A DNA stretch of 64,000 nt from Amphiura filiformis. Lineage: Eukaryota. Under the pieces are notes generated by a model. The model ran no database searches. It was given only the letters and a program-made list of their open reading frames with translations, and was not told where the DNA came from. Of the stretch, positions 12,991-25,519 are shown one piece after another; position 1 is the first letter of the stretch; each line of letters begins with the position of its first letter. The translations under genes were made by a program, and so were the position numbers. The stretch lies in contig NC_092630.1 of NCBI RefSeq assembly GCF_039555335.1, forward strand, positions 31,148,769-31,212,768, in the 5' to 3' direction.

Positions 12991-14486
12991 CATAAGCAGA
13001 TATATCACCCACCAAACCACCTGCTGTCTGTATTAAGTTGAAAGGATTATTGCCATCCATGATTATAGTTGTCTCAATGCCAAGACTTTCAAGTAGCTCA
13101 ACCTATCAAAAGAAAAGAAAACAGTTTTGTGTCAATTGAAAACCTGTTCACTGATATACAAAGTGGTCCAAATACCTTGTTACACATTTTCAAAGGTTAG
13201 TTTCTCATAGTTTTTTATACATGTATAGTTTGAAAGTCTATTTCAAAATATTTTTACATATTATCAATTAACATCTTTTGTACCGTTTGACTTAAAATGG
13301 ACGCCAATTCAATAATTCACGAGCAGGGTTTTCTTTAACGCACAAAACACACGTATTTACGCTTTCAGGCACTTTTCTGACTCCTTCAAATCCCTAGTTC
13401 CAAAGTCCAATGCGTACAAAATCTTGAAAACGTACGCGTTCAGATATTGCAAGAGAAATAGAAAAAAATTGAATAGAGAAACACCTGATATTGTGTATTT
13501 ATTCTCGGCTTTTGGCATAGGACCTATACTCCCGATATGTAGGACAACGAAAGGCTTTATGGACCGGCATTTCACAATTTTCGGCTTTTCAACTGTTCAA
13601 ATTTAAATTTTACACAGTAATAGTGCCAAAATGGTCCACCAAATCGCTTCAATTAGGTATACATTTCGCAAAATTTTCCAAGTTCTAAGGGGGTACATCA
13701 CCCTGCGTAGTTGATAAACAAATGGCCACTTTCACTTCTGCTTTCGACATTTGCCAATTTATGTTTAACACAATTTATAGGCCTACCATAATAGGGAAAA
13801 CTTGCCGTCCACGAAAGACTCCATGGACTGCTCATTTCACAAATGTTCGGCTTTTTAAAACTAATTGTACACATTAATATTGCCAAAATGATCCACCAAA
13901 TTGCTTCAATTGGGTCTTCATTTTGCAAAAGTTTCTTACTTCTCAGGGGGCATCTTTAAATATTATTATTTTCTTCTAAAATTGCCCCCACCCCCTTCTG
14001 ACTGCTCTAGATCCGCCACTGCTCCAAACAGTGGCGTAGATTTCTTTTTGACTCGGGGTGGGGGGGTGTGTCTTGAAGTATAGTGAATCCAGCACCTTTT
14101 GGAGAAAGAATAAGTTTATGGTACAACAAATTTTGCCATTTTGAAGCTTAACTGTTGAAATATGTTGCAAAAGTGGAATAAATTCGCGAGAAGCGCGCAA
14201 AAATGTGCAGAAACAAACATACAGGCGTCAACATTGGGATCCCCCTGGCAAAATATTGGGGGAGATCCCCCCACCACCCCAATCCGGATATGGCTCCAAA
14301 AACACACATATTGTTAAAAATGTTTTCAAAAATAATATTATAAAAATACCCCTTGGGCAATGTTTTTGACTCCTTCAGAGGAAAAATTCACAATTGAAAG
14401 GGTCAAAAAAATTTGAAAATACCCCTTCAGTAAAATGCTTAAAGAAAACCCTGTTCATGAGTGCCTATTCCCAATTATTAACATAA

Positions 14487-14822
14487 TCTTAAAGGAGGAT
14501 TTCGTGATCCTAGCATCCTCTTTTTATGACATTTTTAGTAGATATCCACAAAAAAAGCTTATTCCCAAAATTTCAGTTGATTTCGATTTTGCGTTTACGA
14601 GTTATGCATGATTATGTGTATTGCACTGCTCCATAGGCCACTGTTGTAATTTTGCTCTGGTATACCAGAACGAAATTCAAATTTGACTATATTTTTGCTA
14701 AACGAATTAATCTGCAAGAAATTTTTGGTACATAAACATTATATAGCCAGAGGTTTCCAGTGGTATAAAATTCTCAACTTTTTTTGAAAAAGTGGGGGGA
14801 TGAGGCTGTGGATCACAAAATG
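14487..14822. mobile_element. MITE (~335 bp) with TIR TTAAAGG(A/G)GGATTTCGTGATCC. A second, inverted and slightly longer copy lies at 34636-35040.
   Basis: The two copies share more than 85% identity over about 330 bp. Each begins and ends in TTAA, which fits a piggyBac-like TTAA target duplication. Confidence 0.7.
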
Positions 14823-15883
14823 CCCTTTTAAAAAGCATTTTAACAGATCCTTCTTTCTATCTAACTATGAAAAATTACTCTTTGAAAGTGTGTAACTACA
14901 CTTTTGGACCACCCTATTTTATTCACAATTTGGGTTTTAACCCTAGTAAATGTTTGAATTTAAATTGGCTGGCATTTTTCTACAATAGTTCCATCAGGGT
15001 GCAAGCGTGTTTCTGCAAAGACTTGAAGCAAAGACAATCAATTGAAGTTGACTATACTGTTGTTCACCTTGAGATTTGTATACTAGTGACTGCACATTTT
15101 AGGTTGTATAACTTTCAAACTTGCACACCGTTTTAGGAATCACAGCATAATATGTTGTGTGTAGAGACAGCAAAATCGGAAAGATTTTTTACATATGTGA
15201 CTGAACACTACGAATCAGCCGTAAAGTCGGCCCACGGTCAATTTTGTTTTATTTTGTGTTTAGAAAATATATATCATAAGCTTTAAACTAGTATATCATT
15301 TGACTTCAAACGATATCCAGAAGCAGGGTTATGTTTTGTTGAACTCTGCTCCTTCAATAAAATGCTCTCCTTTCAGTTCTATGTGTGTCTCTTTTTCCAC
15401 CTTGCTGGTAATCAAGTCATAAATGGTGGTCATTTCAAATCATCCCCAAGTCAACGAGGTTCAGGAATGTCCTCTCATTATTATTGTTGGTTATACATAC
15501 CTAGACAAAATACAATACAATTGTAACCCACCACTTGAACAGGATTTAGCCAAAGCAAACACAGACTAGAGCTATTTACTGATTCTATATGTAGAAGATT
15601 TAATATTATCCTCTTCAGCAATAGGATTATTGATTGGTTTAAACGCTATCAAATGAGAAACATGTCGCGCCTAATTGAGACACCTACATTTTGTATGAAT
15701 ACGACCTTCACACATATTTTGCACTGTATCTCAGAATACAATTTGCCGAGTTTACGGCTCATCTTGAGGTGACAAGTAGTATAGTTATATTAGATGACCT
15801 AAGATATTTACGACACATATGATATTACAAGTGATACTGTCATCTATCTGCATGCTTTCATATGTGTACTGACAGAAGCATAC

Positions 15884-15964
15884 CTGCATTTTAGGTCCAG
15901 ATACAGCAATAGCATTGAGTGTGTCAGTACCAAGAGTTTTCACTATCTCGTTAAACTTAGTGCC
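15884..15964 (-). CDS. MVP: MVP exon 24. Translates GTKFNEIVKTLGTDTLNAIAVSGPKMQ. This is the last exon placed with confidence.
   Basis: Equal-length alignment to [27 protein letters not shown]; acceptor tttacacag|, donor CAG|gtatgc. Downstream exon(s) for the ..LITDGS.PINLF.. segment and the 3' UTR were not found with confidence. Confidence 0.8.
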
Positions 15965-16139
15965 CTGTGTAAAGATAAAATAAGCAAAGATATATAGTCA
16001 AGGATTGGAACAACACAAGAAATGAATTTCAAGTGGTGGTATACTTCTCTACTAAATTGTTGCATGAATTAGGCACATATGGAACTTTCCTACTATTCAT
16101 GAAGTTGCATTCCTTTGTGTAAAAGAGTTAGAGAATAAA

Positions 16140-16298
16140 AGATAGGATTTTGTCTTTTGCCTATCCAATATCGTGTCATAATGGATGGGCTGGCCAATAT
16201 TAGTGGATGCCAGCGCAGCCGGTATCCACTACGATAAAAATATTGGCCACCCCATCCATTATGACACGATATTGATAGGCAAAAGACAAAATCTATCT
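16140..16298. repeat. Near-perfect 160-bp palindrome (hairpin/foldback).
   Basis: gataggattttgtcttttgcctatccaatatcgtgtcataatggatgggctggccaatatt .. aatattggccaccccatccattatgacacgatattgataggcaaaagacaaaatctatc. Confidence 0.75.
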
Positions 16299-17048
16299 TT
16301 TATTCTCATTCTTATTCAGTTTTAATGTAATTTTTGCCAGAAAAACTGCCTTTTTTCAGAAAAAAATAAAGTTACGTTTGTGAGGACATCCCTGTTGTTT
16401 TAAATGAACGAAACCATCACGAACATCTAAGCCGCCGAATCACGTTCTTAGTTCTTGCACGGTATTACGTGAACGCATTATCGCGCGATCATTGAGGAGC
16501 AACAAGCGTGCCGCCGTTGCGTGGCGGCGACGCCTGACTAATATCACTATCAACTATTGTGAGATATTATACACCGAAAACCAATCAAATTACGTGAATT
16601 CTTAACAAGACGCACCCATTGAATAAGAAGGCTCAATGCTATGATGGAGAGCAGATATACATAAAATTAGAAGACAATTCTTTACCTCTTTGTTTTACCA
16701 ATACCTTCTCTAGATTTTGATTTTGATTTGATTTGTTCTGGTTCGGACAACCCTGGATAACCCAAGAAAGCCTCTATTGAAGCTTATTTCCATTGGGGTC
16801 CATTTGAACACCGGGACAGGTTGGGAACAGTCGGAGGTTAACACCCTACTCTTTTCGAAACTGGCTGCGAAATACATGTACAGGTATGGCACTCTGCACA
16901 CAGGACCGACGGCTTAACGTCCCCTCCGAAAGACGGAGTACTTTCATGATTCATTTACCCAATTCTAAATGAACCATGGGGAGAGCGGAAGTCTGAATTT
17001 AATCTACAGAAGTTGCCAATTAATTTCAGACTTTTTTTTCCAAGTCAA

Positions 17049-17115
17049 TATCCCAGCAAATTGCCACCGTCGGGAATTGAACCCGGGACCTCATGCACTA
17101 ACCATTAGACCACGC
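17049..17115 (-). pseudogene. tRNA-like fragment (D-arm plus T-arm/acceptor, no anticodon arm). tRNA pseudogene or SINE remnant.
   Basis: Minus strand reads agcgtggtctaatggttagtgcatgaggtcccgggttcaattcccgacggtggca. Boxes A and B are present but the anticodon stem-loop is missing. Confidence 0.5.
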
Positions 17116-17677
17116 TCTCCCTCTAGTTTCCCTCTGTTACTGCTTTGCTTTCCCCTTCTTATAATATAATACCGGTACTTTCCAGTGTCCATCTGTCTTT
17201 CTCAAGAGACCTTTTCAGGAGAACTTTAACTAAAAACACCAATCATGTACAAATCAAAACAATTTCAGCCAACCAATTTCTGGCAATTTGAATGTGTTTG
17301 TTTATTTGTTTGTTTTATTTCTTCTTTAACCTGGGACACTCAATCCGTTAAAAACACAATTAATCATCTGTTTTTCCTTGAGGCCTAGGTATGTGACCAT
17401 GCAGTGGACACCGCTTTCAATATGCTGCATCAAGAGCAACACTGTACATAATTGGTGTGTGCACTCATCAAACACCCTGTTACCATGATGTGATTGGTTG
17501 TGTGTTTTTGCTTCCTGCACATGGAATCTTTATGAACTAATTGTTTAAAGATTTCCGATAAGCTGTTGAAAGGTATCAGGACAGAACCTGAATAAAGTAC
17601 ATGTCTGAGAAATACACACAATATTATACTACATAGTCATACTATTGCTGTTTACTCTTTAGGCCAAAAAAAAAAGG

Positions 17678-17935
17678 TTTGTCTCAAAGATCGCGCGCGC
17701 ATTTGTAAAATCGTGAGATTTGGAAAAAAAGAAATGCAGAATTTTTTTTTATTTCAATTTTTTTTTTTTTTTTTAGTTTTTCCAGAAAAATTCGGCAAAA
17801 ATCAGATTTTTTTCTCCAAATACCATGAAAAAATTCGGGAATAAAAAAATAAAATAAAAAAATCGTATTTCGCATTTGTTTTCAAACCACTCGTGAGCTT
17901 TGAGACAAACCATTATTTTTTTTGCCTTATCAGGA
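17678..17935. mobile_element. A/T-flanked MITE with TIR AGGTTTGTCTCAAAG(A/C)TC. A second copy lies at 62788-63005.
   Basis: aggtttgtctcaaagatcgcg .. cgtgagctttgagacaaacc. The 62788 copy shares its termini and internal T-rich stretches. Confidence 0.65.
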
Positions 17936-18378
17936 GTTCTCAATTGCATTTGCACACGGGCCATGAACGGCCAAATTCATCAGAAAGATCTGTGTTTGAG
18001 GGCGAAATACCTTGTTTTGCTATTCAAGGTTCAACCACAATTGATCAACAGGCCAAATCTTGCCTGCAGGCTGCCTATTGAGAATTAGGGGTTCATTAAT
18101 ATATGTTCATTACTAAACGGTTGTTTATACCCGAGGGGCCGCTACCCCGTTCATACATACCAGAACATTTTGTGATTCTTATTTCATCAAAATAATAACA
18201 AAAAATTACAAGTAACATTATTAAAAATCATGATTTTCCTTCATTTTTCCTATCCGGCGATCGCACATCCGGGACACCGGGCATAAACGCTGTTTATGCC
18301 CGGCTCTCGACCAATCATGTGCGCCGTTACATAGCGTGTATGTATGAACTCCTGCTCTATATCAACAAATACAATTAC

Positions 18379-18570
18379 CTCAATATCAGAAAGCTGTTGT
18401 GCCCTAGATATCTCCAGGTGGTTTGACTCTTTGACGTAAGCCAACTCATTGTGTCTCATATCAGACTGAATCTCAAGCTCGCTTGTATGCATGATTTCCT
18501 CTGCTTGTGCTTTCAAACGGGCATTCTCTATAGCACTCTGACCCTCTATCAGCAACCTTTCTGCAGTAGC
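18379..18570 (-). CDS. MVP: MVP exon 23. Translates ATAERLLIEGQSAIENARLKAQAEEIMHTSELEIQSDMRHNELAYVKESNHLEISRAQQLSDIE.
   Basis: Aligns to [64 protein letters not shown] (C-terminal coiled coil); acceptor ttatatatag|, donor GAG|gtaatt. Confidence 0.9.
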
Positions 18571-19019
18571 CTATATATAATAAGAACAATATCTATGTTT
18601 GAATATATGATATACAGCACAAGGCATTTTTTATGAGCCCTCGCACTATGAGGGATCATGTGCAAATGTGCTTACTATCATAGAATTGATGATTTTAGAT
18701 GTGGACATGCAAAGCATCTCAACTATTCACATGGGCATTATCACTAAGGTACTAGTAAGAAATGGTAATATACCAATGTTGTGATTTTGATGATGATAAA
18801 GAAATATTCAACTAAACATTTCATTTTCTCTTGCCATGTATTTACAAAAAACCATGCTGTTAAGCACTGATATTGTGATGAATTGATTCATCGCTTTTTG
18901 CTCATCATTCCATTGGACTACAACTACAGTCCATTTGGCTTCCTCAAGTGTAACATCAGTGCGTGCTTCATTGCGCGTAGTATTAAATAGCACATGTTGA
19001 CTCCGGGGGGGGGGAGGGC

Positions 19020-19460
19020 ACTTCAATATGAAATGGATATAGGTGTAGGGCTGGCACTTTCGCAGTAAGGGGCATTCGTTGAGAGCAAAATGTAAAAAAT
19101 ATGGGGTCATTGGGTGAGAGCATGATTTTTGGCATTCGGTGAGAGCAAAATGTAAAAAATATGGGGTCATTGGGTGAGAACATGACCCTTTTTTTTATGG
19201 AATCTTTGGGTGAGAGCCAAAACAGCGCCACAGAAACCTCGAAAATCAAATTTCTAGTTCTAAATGGCCTCAAATTTCTTTGTTTTTCAAAATAAGTAAC
19301 AAAATCAGTGATAAATGAAAGTTGCTGTTCAAATTGAACTTGTAAGGGTCTTTGGGTGAGAGATCAAATGGAAAAATAGGGGGTCTTCGGGTGACAGAGC
19401 ATGTGTTCGTAAAAAACTATGGGGTCTTTGGGTGACAGCGACGCTGAAAAAGAGGGTCTT
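19020..19460. repeat. Cluster of at least 7 copies of a motif (ggggtc[at]ttgggtga[gc]ag), including a 60-bp tandem duplication at 19070-19190. It lies in the MVP intron between exons 22 and 23.
   Basis: Repeated ggcattcggtgagagcaaaatgtaaaaaatatggggtcattgggtgagagcatga units and dispersed gggtctttgggtgagag motifs. Confidence 0.6.
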
Positions 19461-19663
19461 AACAGCCCTACATACGCGTCACCTCCAAAGTGGGAGTGCC
19501 CCCCCGGGGTTGATTCAAAACTGGTGTGTTTGTTCACACATGCGATCCAAGGTGGTACATCAGTACCTACAAAGTAACTCCGACAAAGTACTGATGTCAC
19601 TCGCTCGTGGAAACCAAATGGACTATATAGTATTAGAAATTGCCTTCATGGAATATATAATAC

Positions 19664-19844
19664 CTGTGCCTCAGCCTTGGCTTGACCTGACGACTCCACC
19701 GCTGCCGCTTCAGCTTGTAACTCAAACAATTTGGTCCTTGCTTTTTCATTTTCTTTCTCATTCACTAGTTTCTGCCTCTCCAAGAGGCCAAATGCTTGCT
19801 GTTCCTTTCTCTTGGCATCATGAACTGCTGCTCTCTCAACAGAA
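19664..19844 (-). CDS. MVP: MVP exon 22. Translates (N)SVERAAVHDAKRKEQQAFGLLERQKLVNEKENEKARTKLFELQAEAAAVESSGQAKAEAQ.
   Basis: Aligns to [60 protein letters not shown]; acceptor tctttaatag|, donor CAG|gtatta. Confidence 0.9.
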
Positions 19845-20218
19845 CTATTAAAGAAAAGGTTGGCATGATAGTATAAGGGGGTTTCAAAGTAAAACTTTGA
19901 TAGAGTTATCATTTAATGAAAACAAATTTCATGGGTTTTACTAATGTGAAATAGGAATGTGTGTCCATATGTGTATGAGAGAAAGAGAGATAGAGAGAGA
20001 AAACATGCAGTTACAATTAACTCATTGTGGTTGTAGTCTTTTATTTTACACACATCCATGCCTCATACAGGCCAAATGCCCTTAAAAATATGGGATGTCC
20101 CCTGGATTTCTTGCAGGGCCATCAACATTTTGTACAAAACATACCCTTGAAAGACCATGATATTTTTGAGGTCTGTATAAGTAATTACAATGATTTTGTT
20201 AGCTGGCGTGTTACCTAC

Positions 20219-20319
20219 TTTGTGGCAATTTCAATAGCCATTTGTACTGACTTGAGTAAGCTATCCTTCATGGTTAGGTCAACTGGCTCTATGCCTTGCA
20301 CATCAACATTTGTGATAAC
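20219..20319 (-). CDS. MVP: MVP exon 21. Translates [33 protein letters not shown](K/N).
   Basis: Aligns to [34 protein letters not shown]; acceptor cattttgtag|, donor AA|gtaggt. Confidence 0.9.
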
Positions 20320-21137
20320 CTACAAAATGATAATACAAAAGATTTATTTGACATTTGTTTGCTATGAATGAAATCTAGCTCCACTGAAACTAGAGCCCTG
20401 AGGGACAACCTGAAAATTCAAAATACCCGATTCAGCCCAACAGCAGATCGGATTAAAACAATTTCATAATTTATGCGTCATCATGGATCAGGGATATATC
20501 AAAGGTTGGAATGTATTCTCTTGACCATGTATACCACTCACTGATTAAGCACACATCACATCGTAGGAACGAGACTACCAGTTCCCGCAGGAGATGCAGT
20601 GAGCCTGTATAAAGCACCTGTGATCAAGATGGCATATCCTGCAATCGAAAGCTAAGAAACATGAGTTTTAAATCTTTGGATTTGTCTACCAAAAATTGAA
20701 TAATAAGTTGTCAATTCTTGTTTGCAATATACATTAATTATAGGTTAATGAACGTGTATTACTTGTTGGGAGAGAAATTAGACAAAATAATGCACGCGTG
20801 CTGATGTTGATGCATCTAATGCACGAGCCCGAACCTATTTCATACACGAGAAGAAAGAAAAATGTGTGATTTTTCTGTTTTTATAACGAATTATCACTAA
20901 ATATGTTGGAAAATAGAAAGAAATATAAATGCATCAACCTGCCCGAAAAATGAATCAATCCGACGCGACGTGAACGCGCGCGAAACACTGCGCGTAGTAC
21001 GCGGAGTGCACAATATACACAATCAATGCATATTTCGCATTTTTCTAACGTTTGCTCTGATTGGATCTCGCTATCAAAGAGTGTATGAAACCTTGACAGA
21101 CTAATACATGTAATTAATCAAACAAAATGATACTTGC

Positions 21138-21277
21138 CAGTTGGTTAGAAAATTTCAATCTGTCTTTGACTTTGCCATCGTCTGTTGCGCCAAATACAGC
21201 TACTTTGAGAAGCTCCATGGAGTGCTTATGAAACTCATCAAACTTGACTCGAGACACAGCTCCGCGTATTCGACTAC
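21138..21277 (-). CDS. MVP: MVP exon 20. Translates (G)SRIRGAVSRVKFDEFHKHSMELLKVAVFGATDDGKVKDRLKFSNQL. Probable GC donor.
   Basis: Aligns to [46 protein letters not shown]; acceptor tttctaacag|. Only CTG|gcaagt (GC donor) keeps the frame with exon 21. There is no in-phase GT. Confidence 0.75.
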
Positions 21278-21599
21278 CTGTTAGAAAAGATAGAAAATAA
21301 TGGACATTTTCAAGTATAGGTGATCAAACCCCATCCATCTTATATCTACCAGATTCACTGAGTATAGCCACCACTTGTACATGGTTCAAATTCTTAAACA
21401 CTTGAGAAAGTTCCTGCAATCTTTTTGGTTCTTACCTGTGTGATATTACATGATATAACACAGTTCAGTGCATGTGAGTCGAAGTGAAACATGTACGGAC
21501 TATTTGAACCAATCAGAGGCATAGCAACAACGGGACTGATCAATTCTAAACCCTAGGTAATTCCTTGTAAAATGTAGGATTTAATTTATTAAAATTCTG

Positions 21600-21840
21600 T
21601 ACACTTTTGCTTATTATTTTTATTTGAATTGAAGTATTTAATAATGAGAATAAAGGTATTGTTTTTAGTCACTGTCATGCATCTATCATCTCATATAACA
21701 CAGGCAACATCATTATTTTTGGCGTGAAACAACTCGGCTTAAAATAATGATGTCGCCTGTGTTATATGAGACGATAGATGCACGACAGCTGCTAAAAACA
21801 ATACCCTTATTCTCTAAATATAAGAATAAATATGATAAGG
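21600..21840. repeat. 240-bp palindrome / MITE-like hairpin.
   Basis: taataatgagaataaaggtattgtttttagtc..catctatcatctcatataacacaggc.. is the reverse complement of ..gcctgtgttatatgagacgatagatg..gctaaaaacaatacccttattctc. Confidence 0.65.
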
Positions 21841-22375
21841 TGTCTTAGCTGTATACAGGGGCAGCATATTCAGTCTTTTAGGTTTAGTTATGTGTAACAA
21901 ATTTCAGAAATTTATTTAATACAAAAGGAGTACTGTTTCAAAATTTTCTCCAAAATATGTGGAAAGTGCTCATTTTCATTGTTTCTTAGCAAAATTTTTT
22001 CACAATACTTCCAGAAGTTATCATGAAAGTTCATCTTTTTTGGTGATCAAATAAATGGAAGAATTGGACTTTTGTTCACAACACATAAAGTTGCTCACCT
22101 TACATTTTCGGTTATTTACACTACAACCTACAACTTAGCAAGAGTCTACGATCCAGTTCTGACGTCACAAGTCAAAGAGTCCGGCGTCAAATCGATCAAC
22201 GAAGGTTGTAGTGTAAACAACCGAAAATGTAAGGTGAACAACTTTATGTGTTGTAAACAAAAGTTCAATTCTTCATTTACTTCAAGTTGTCAAATGAATT
22301 CAAATCACTCCTTCAATGAACAATCAGTGGGTGCGCAAGGGGGGGGCAGGGGGCAACAGCCCCCACTTTGTTGGT

Positions 22376-22455
22376 CATTCGGGGAAATCAGTCATTTTCG
22401 GGGAAATCAGTCATTTTCGGGAAATCAGTCATTTTCGGGGAAATCAGTCATTTCT
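22376..22455. repeat. Minisatellite of 4 copies of the ~19-bp unit gggaaatcagtcattttcg.
   Basis: Direct tandem copies are visible. Confidence 0.8.
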
Positions 22456-22631
22456 TACATCTTACACTTCTAATCAGACTCCATTCAGGGGAACTGAACA
22501 ACCTGCCCCCCCCCCACTTTCAATGTGCTGCGCACGCCACTGTGAACAATGTTAGATCAGTGTTAATAATCCAAAACCATGACCAATAACTTTTGTGTAA
22601 TGTTTTTAATGGTACTGAGATAGCCACTTAC

Positions 22632-22710
22632 CAACTTCCCTGCATGCATGCCCTATGAAATCAGGCACAGAGAATATAGCCTCCTCCCCTGCTTTGTCTC
22701 CTGGCTCAAC
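22632..22710 (-). CDS. MVP: MVP exon 19. Translates VEPGDKAGEEAIFSVPDFIGHACREV.
   Basis: Aligns to [28 protein letters not shown]; acceptor ccaatag|, donor G|gtaagt. Confidence 0.85.
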
Positions 22711-23288
22711 CTATTGGTAGAAACATAAATAGATACAAACAAATATTTATAATAAGAGTCTAGGGATGGTGGCAGCAGAATTTTGGATAAATCCATATAA
22801 GTGATTTTTATCAAAACTAAAATTTTGTGCTAGAAATTTGTTTATATTAGCTTATTTCGCGGAGACATGATGGAGTCCTGATCAGGGCTGTCAACTCGCA
22901 CACTATTTTAGCATGAGACTCATGCATACAGACACTCTCTCACGCTCTCAGGGCAAGGTAGTAAAATCTCACATATCGTCAAAATATATTGTTGTCCTCA
23001 TCCCCTCCCACTTTTTTTAGATCCTCAAGCGCCCTGGGCCAAAAATGAACACTTGTTGTCAGCAAACAATAATACAGTCCCAGTACGCCACTATTCTACA
23101 GTATCTCACGCCAAACAATTCCAAAAAGTTGATATGAATATAAAGATAAGGTAACTAATTGCAAGTGAACAATTTCACTGTCAGCCTTTGAGTCAAAAAC
23201 AAAATCTTACTCCAATCTCAAATGGCCACTGTTCTGAAACTGACTTAAAACTTATATCCCTAATTCAAGCATAACAGAAATCACTCAC

Positions 23289-23348
23289 CTCAAAGTGATT
23301 GTTGAAAGCCATTCTTATTTTCAGTCTGGCATGGTCTGATGTTTCCAC
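23289..23348 (-). CDS. MVP: MVP exon 18. Translates VETSDHARLKIRMAFNNHFE.
   Basis: Aligns to [20 protein letters not shown]; acceptor atttcag|, donor GAG|gtgagt. Confidence 0.9.
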
Positions 23349-23959
23349 CTGAAATGTCAACAACACTATAAGTAATTTCACATTCATTTAGAGTGACCTT
23401 TTTTTAAGACAGGACGCTATTAGCCCCTGAAGGGCCCATTAAAGGCCCTTTCAGTGATTTCACAGGAACATTAAAAAAAATGGAAATTTGTCAGAGTTGC
23501 TTAGAAATAAAGAATAAGTCTACAGAATTTCAATAAACCACTTTTCCCTGAATACATCGACAAATTAGTCAAAAACAGAAGTTTTAGAAAGGTTTTCTAC
23601 TTCAACTCTGAGAAAATCGAGATTTTCGTACAGTGCGCCACCAATCGACTGGAAAAACTTCCTAGTCCAGTGTTTCTAACACGGGGAAGTAGAGTCTAAA
23701 TTGATTTAAAACAGACGCTTTTAAGCTACAATTTTGTAGTAGAAAACAAAATAAGCAATTAAAGGTCACCGAGGCAAACTAACGGTCAATTCAAATATGA
23801 AAAAAAGTTAAAATTGTGTATTTTGTTTAAAATAGTAGCTACTGATGTAATAAGTAGTAGAAACAATACGCAACGCGTGTTGGTACGTGGAGAGTGAGCT
23901 TCTTTCGATCTCGAGTCGGACTTTTTGTACTGTCAGTATCAAAAGTCCAGAATCATGCA

Positions 23960-24110
23960 AATGCTTTATTTTGTCTAAAATACACGGCTTTCGACCGAAC
24001 CACTAGCAGGCTATGTTAGCACATCTATGCCAATTACAAAGGTACCAAAATCTGAATTTTGATGATTTTTACGATCGTCCGGATGAGCAAATCACTGAAT
24101 GGGCCTTTAA
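23960..24110. repeat. Dispersed repeat (~150 bp). A second copy lies at 12150-12300.
   Basis: tacacggctttc..aaccactagcaggctatgtta.cacat.tatg.caat.acaaaggtaccaaaatctgaattttgatgatttttacgat.gtccggatgagcaaatcact is shared at about 90% identity. Confidence 0.7.
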
Positions 24111-25519
24111 GTGATCTATTGCTCAGTTAGGAAGAAATTAATAATATTAATGTTATTTCACACAATGGTTGAGGTCCAATGCTTTTTAACCATTTTCAAA
24201 ACCTCAAAAATAACTTATTTATTATAACAGGATAATTTCTACAATAATGGAATTGCTACATAAAAGCCAGCTTTGTAATGATTTGCATAGTCCTTTTTGG
24301 CTCTTAGCGGAGCTAGTGAGCCTTAGTCATTGTAGTCAGTGAGGACTGTATTTTTGCTACAAATTTTGGCCACTTGCGTTCTTGCTTTTTATGCTAAGGT
24401 TTCTTTTGTTAATGATATTTGGCTTTGAAATTACATTCCAAGGTTTGCTTAGTTATTTAGCAATCGATTGCACTCCTTTAGAAGTGAATTTGGGGTGGGG
24501 AAAGTACTTATTTTGAAGTGAGAAAAGTCAAAAGTCGTCATGAGAAACAAGTCATTTCTATCGTTTTGCTTGGTTCCCTGTATGCGCTAGAGATTATTTT
24601 GGTCTGAGTAATTTAAGTTGTGAGATCATGGCGGGAATTGACGGATTGCACTATTTTTCTTTGGGAAAGTGACCTTTTATCATGAATTTTTGCGGTGATC
24701 TCACATGGATAGAAACGTGATTGGATGATTCCTTTGTCCAGATTGTTTATTGAGTTCTCGGGAGTTTTGTTACCATGGGACAACACTTCAAAATATTTAG
24801 AGACCAGCGGCGTAGTAATTTAATTAAATGAACGCTAAATAACCAGGGTTGCCAAAAAATTCAGCCCGAATCGCAGGTCAAATAATCGAAAAAGTCGCCC
24901 AATTTTTTCTTTTACCCTTTGTATTCTATGGGGCAGGAAATTGTCCCGGGAAAATCTTCAAAAGTCGCCTAATTGGGTTACCAAATCGCTGGTTTGACAA
25001 CCCTGAAAACAACGTCTCGACAGCGAAGGTCACATCTGGCTATTCATTATCATTGTTTGTCTGGCACGCTTTCTACAGCGTGGGTTGGGAATTCTGAAAA
25101 TCTGTAAAAATTACAATTTTGCGGAATATAGGGTGGGTTTCTAAAAAGCGTGTGAGCAATATATAATTATAAAGCGTAGGGGTAACGCTACCAATTGAAA
25201 AAAAAATATAATAAAGTAATTTGATGATCTGTTGAAAAACATTCATATTTTCTTCATAAATCTGGAAAGAAAATGTCAAAAATTAATTTGCTGATGTTTT
25301 CAATTCATACGACGTCACCTGTAGTAGAATCGACGCCGTGAGTTTTATGAATGAATATAATTTTCAGTCTCTACATCAGCCGCTTTGGCCGCTTTCGCTC
25401 ACACTAGAAGTGGAGCGATCCGAACCACAGCGGCCGTGTAGAGAGTATAGACTGACGTATTCATGTATTCAGGATCTCACAGGTATCTCAGCCTTTTGCC
25501 CATTTGCCCATGTGTTACT

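Noticed and set aside
15340-15760. Candidate MVP terminal exons (VCITNNNNERTFLNLVDLGMI*, CKICVKVVFIQN.., MTTIYDLITSKVEKE..)
   Set aside because: Similarity to ..[24 protein letters not shown].. is too weak and the lengths do not fit. They are recorded only as leads, not features.
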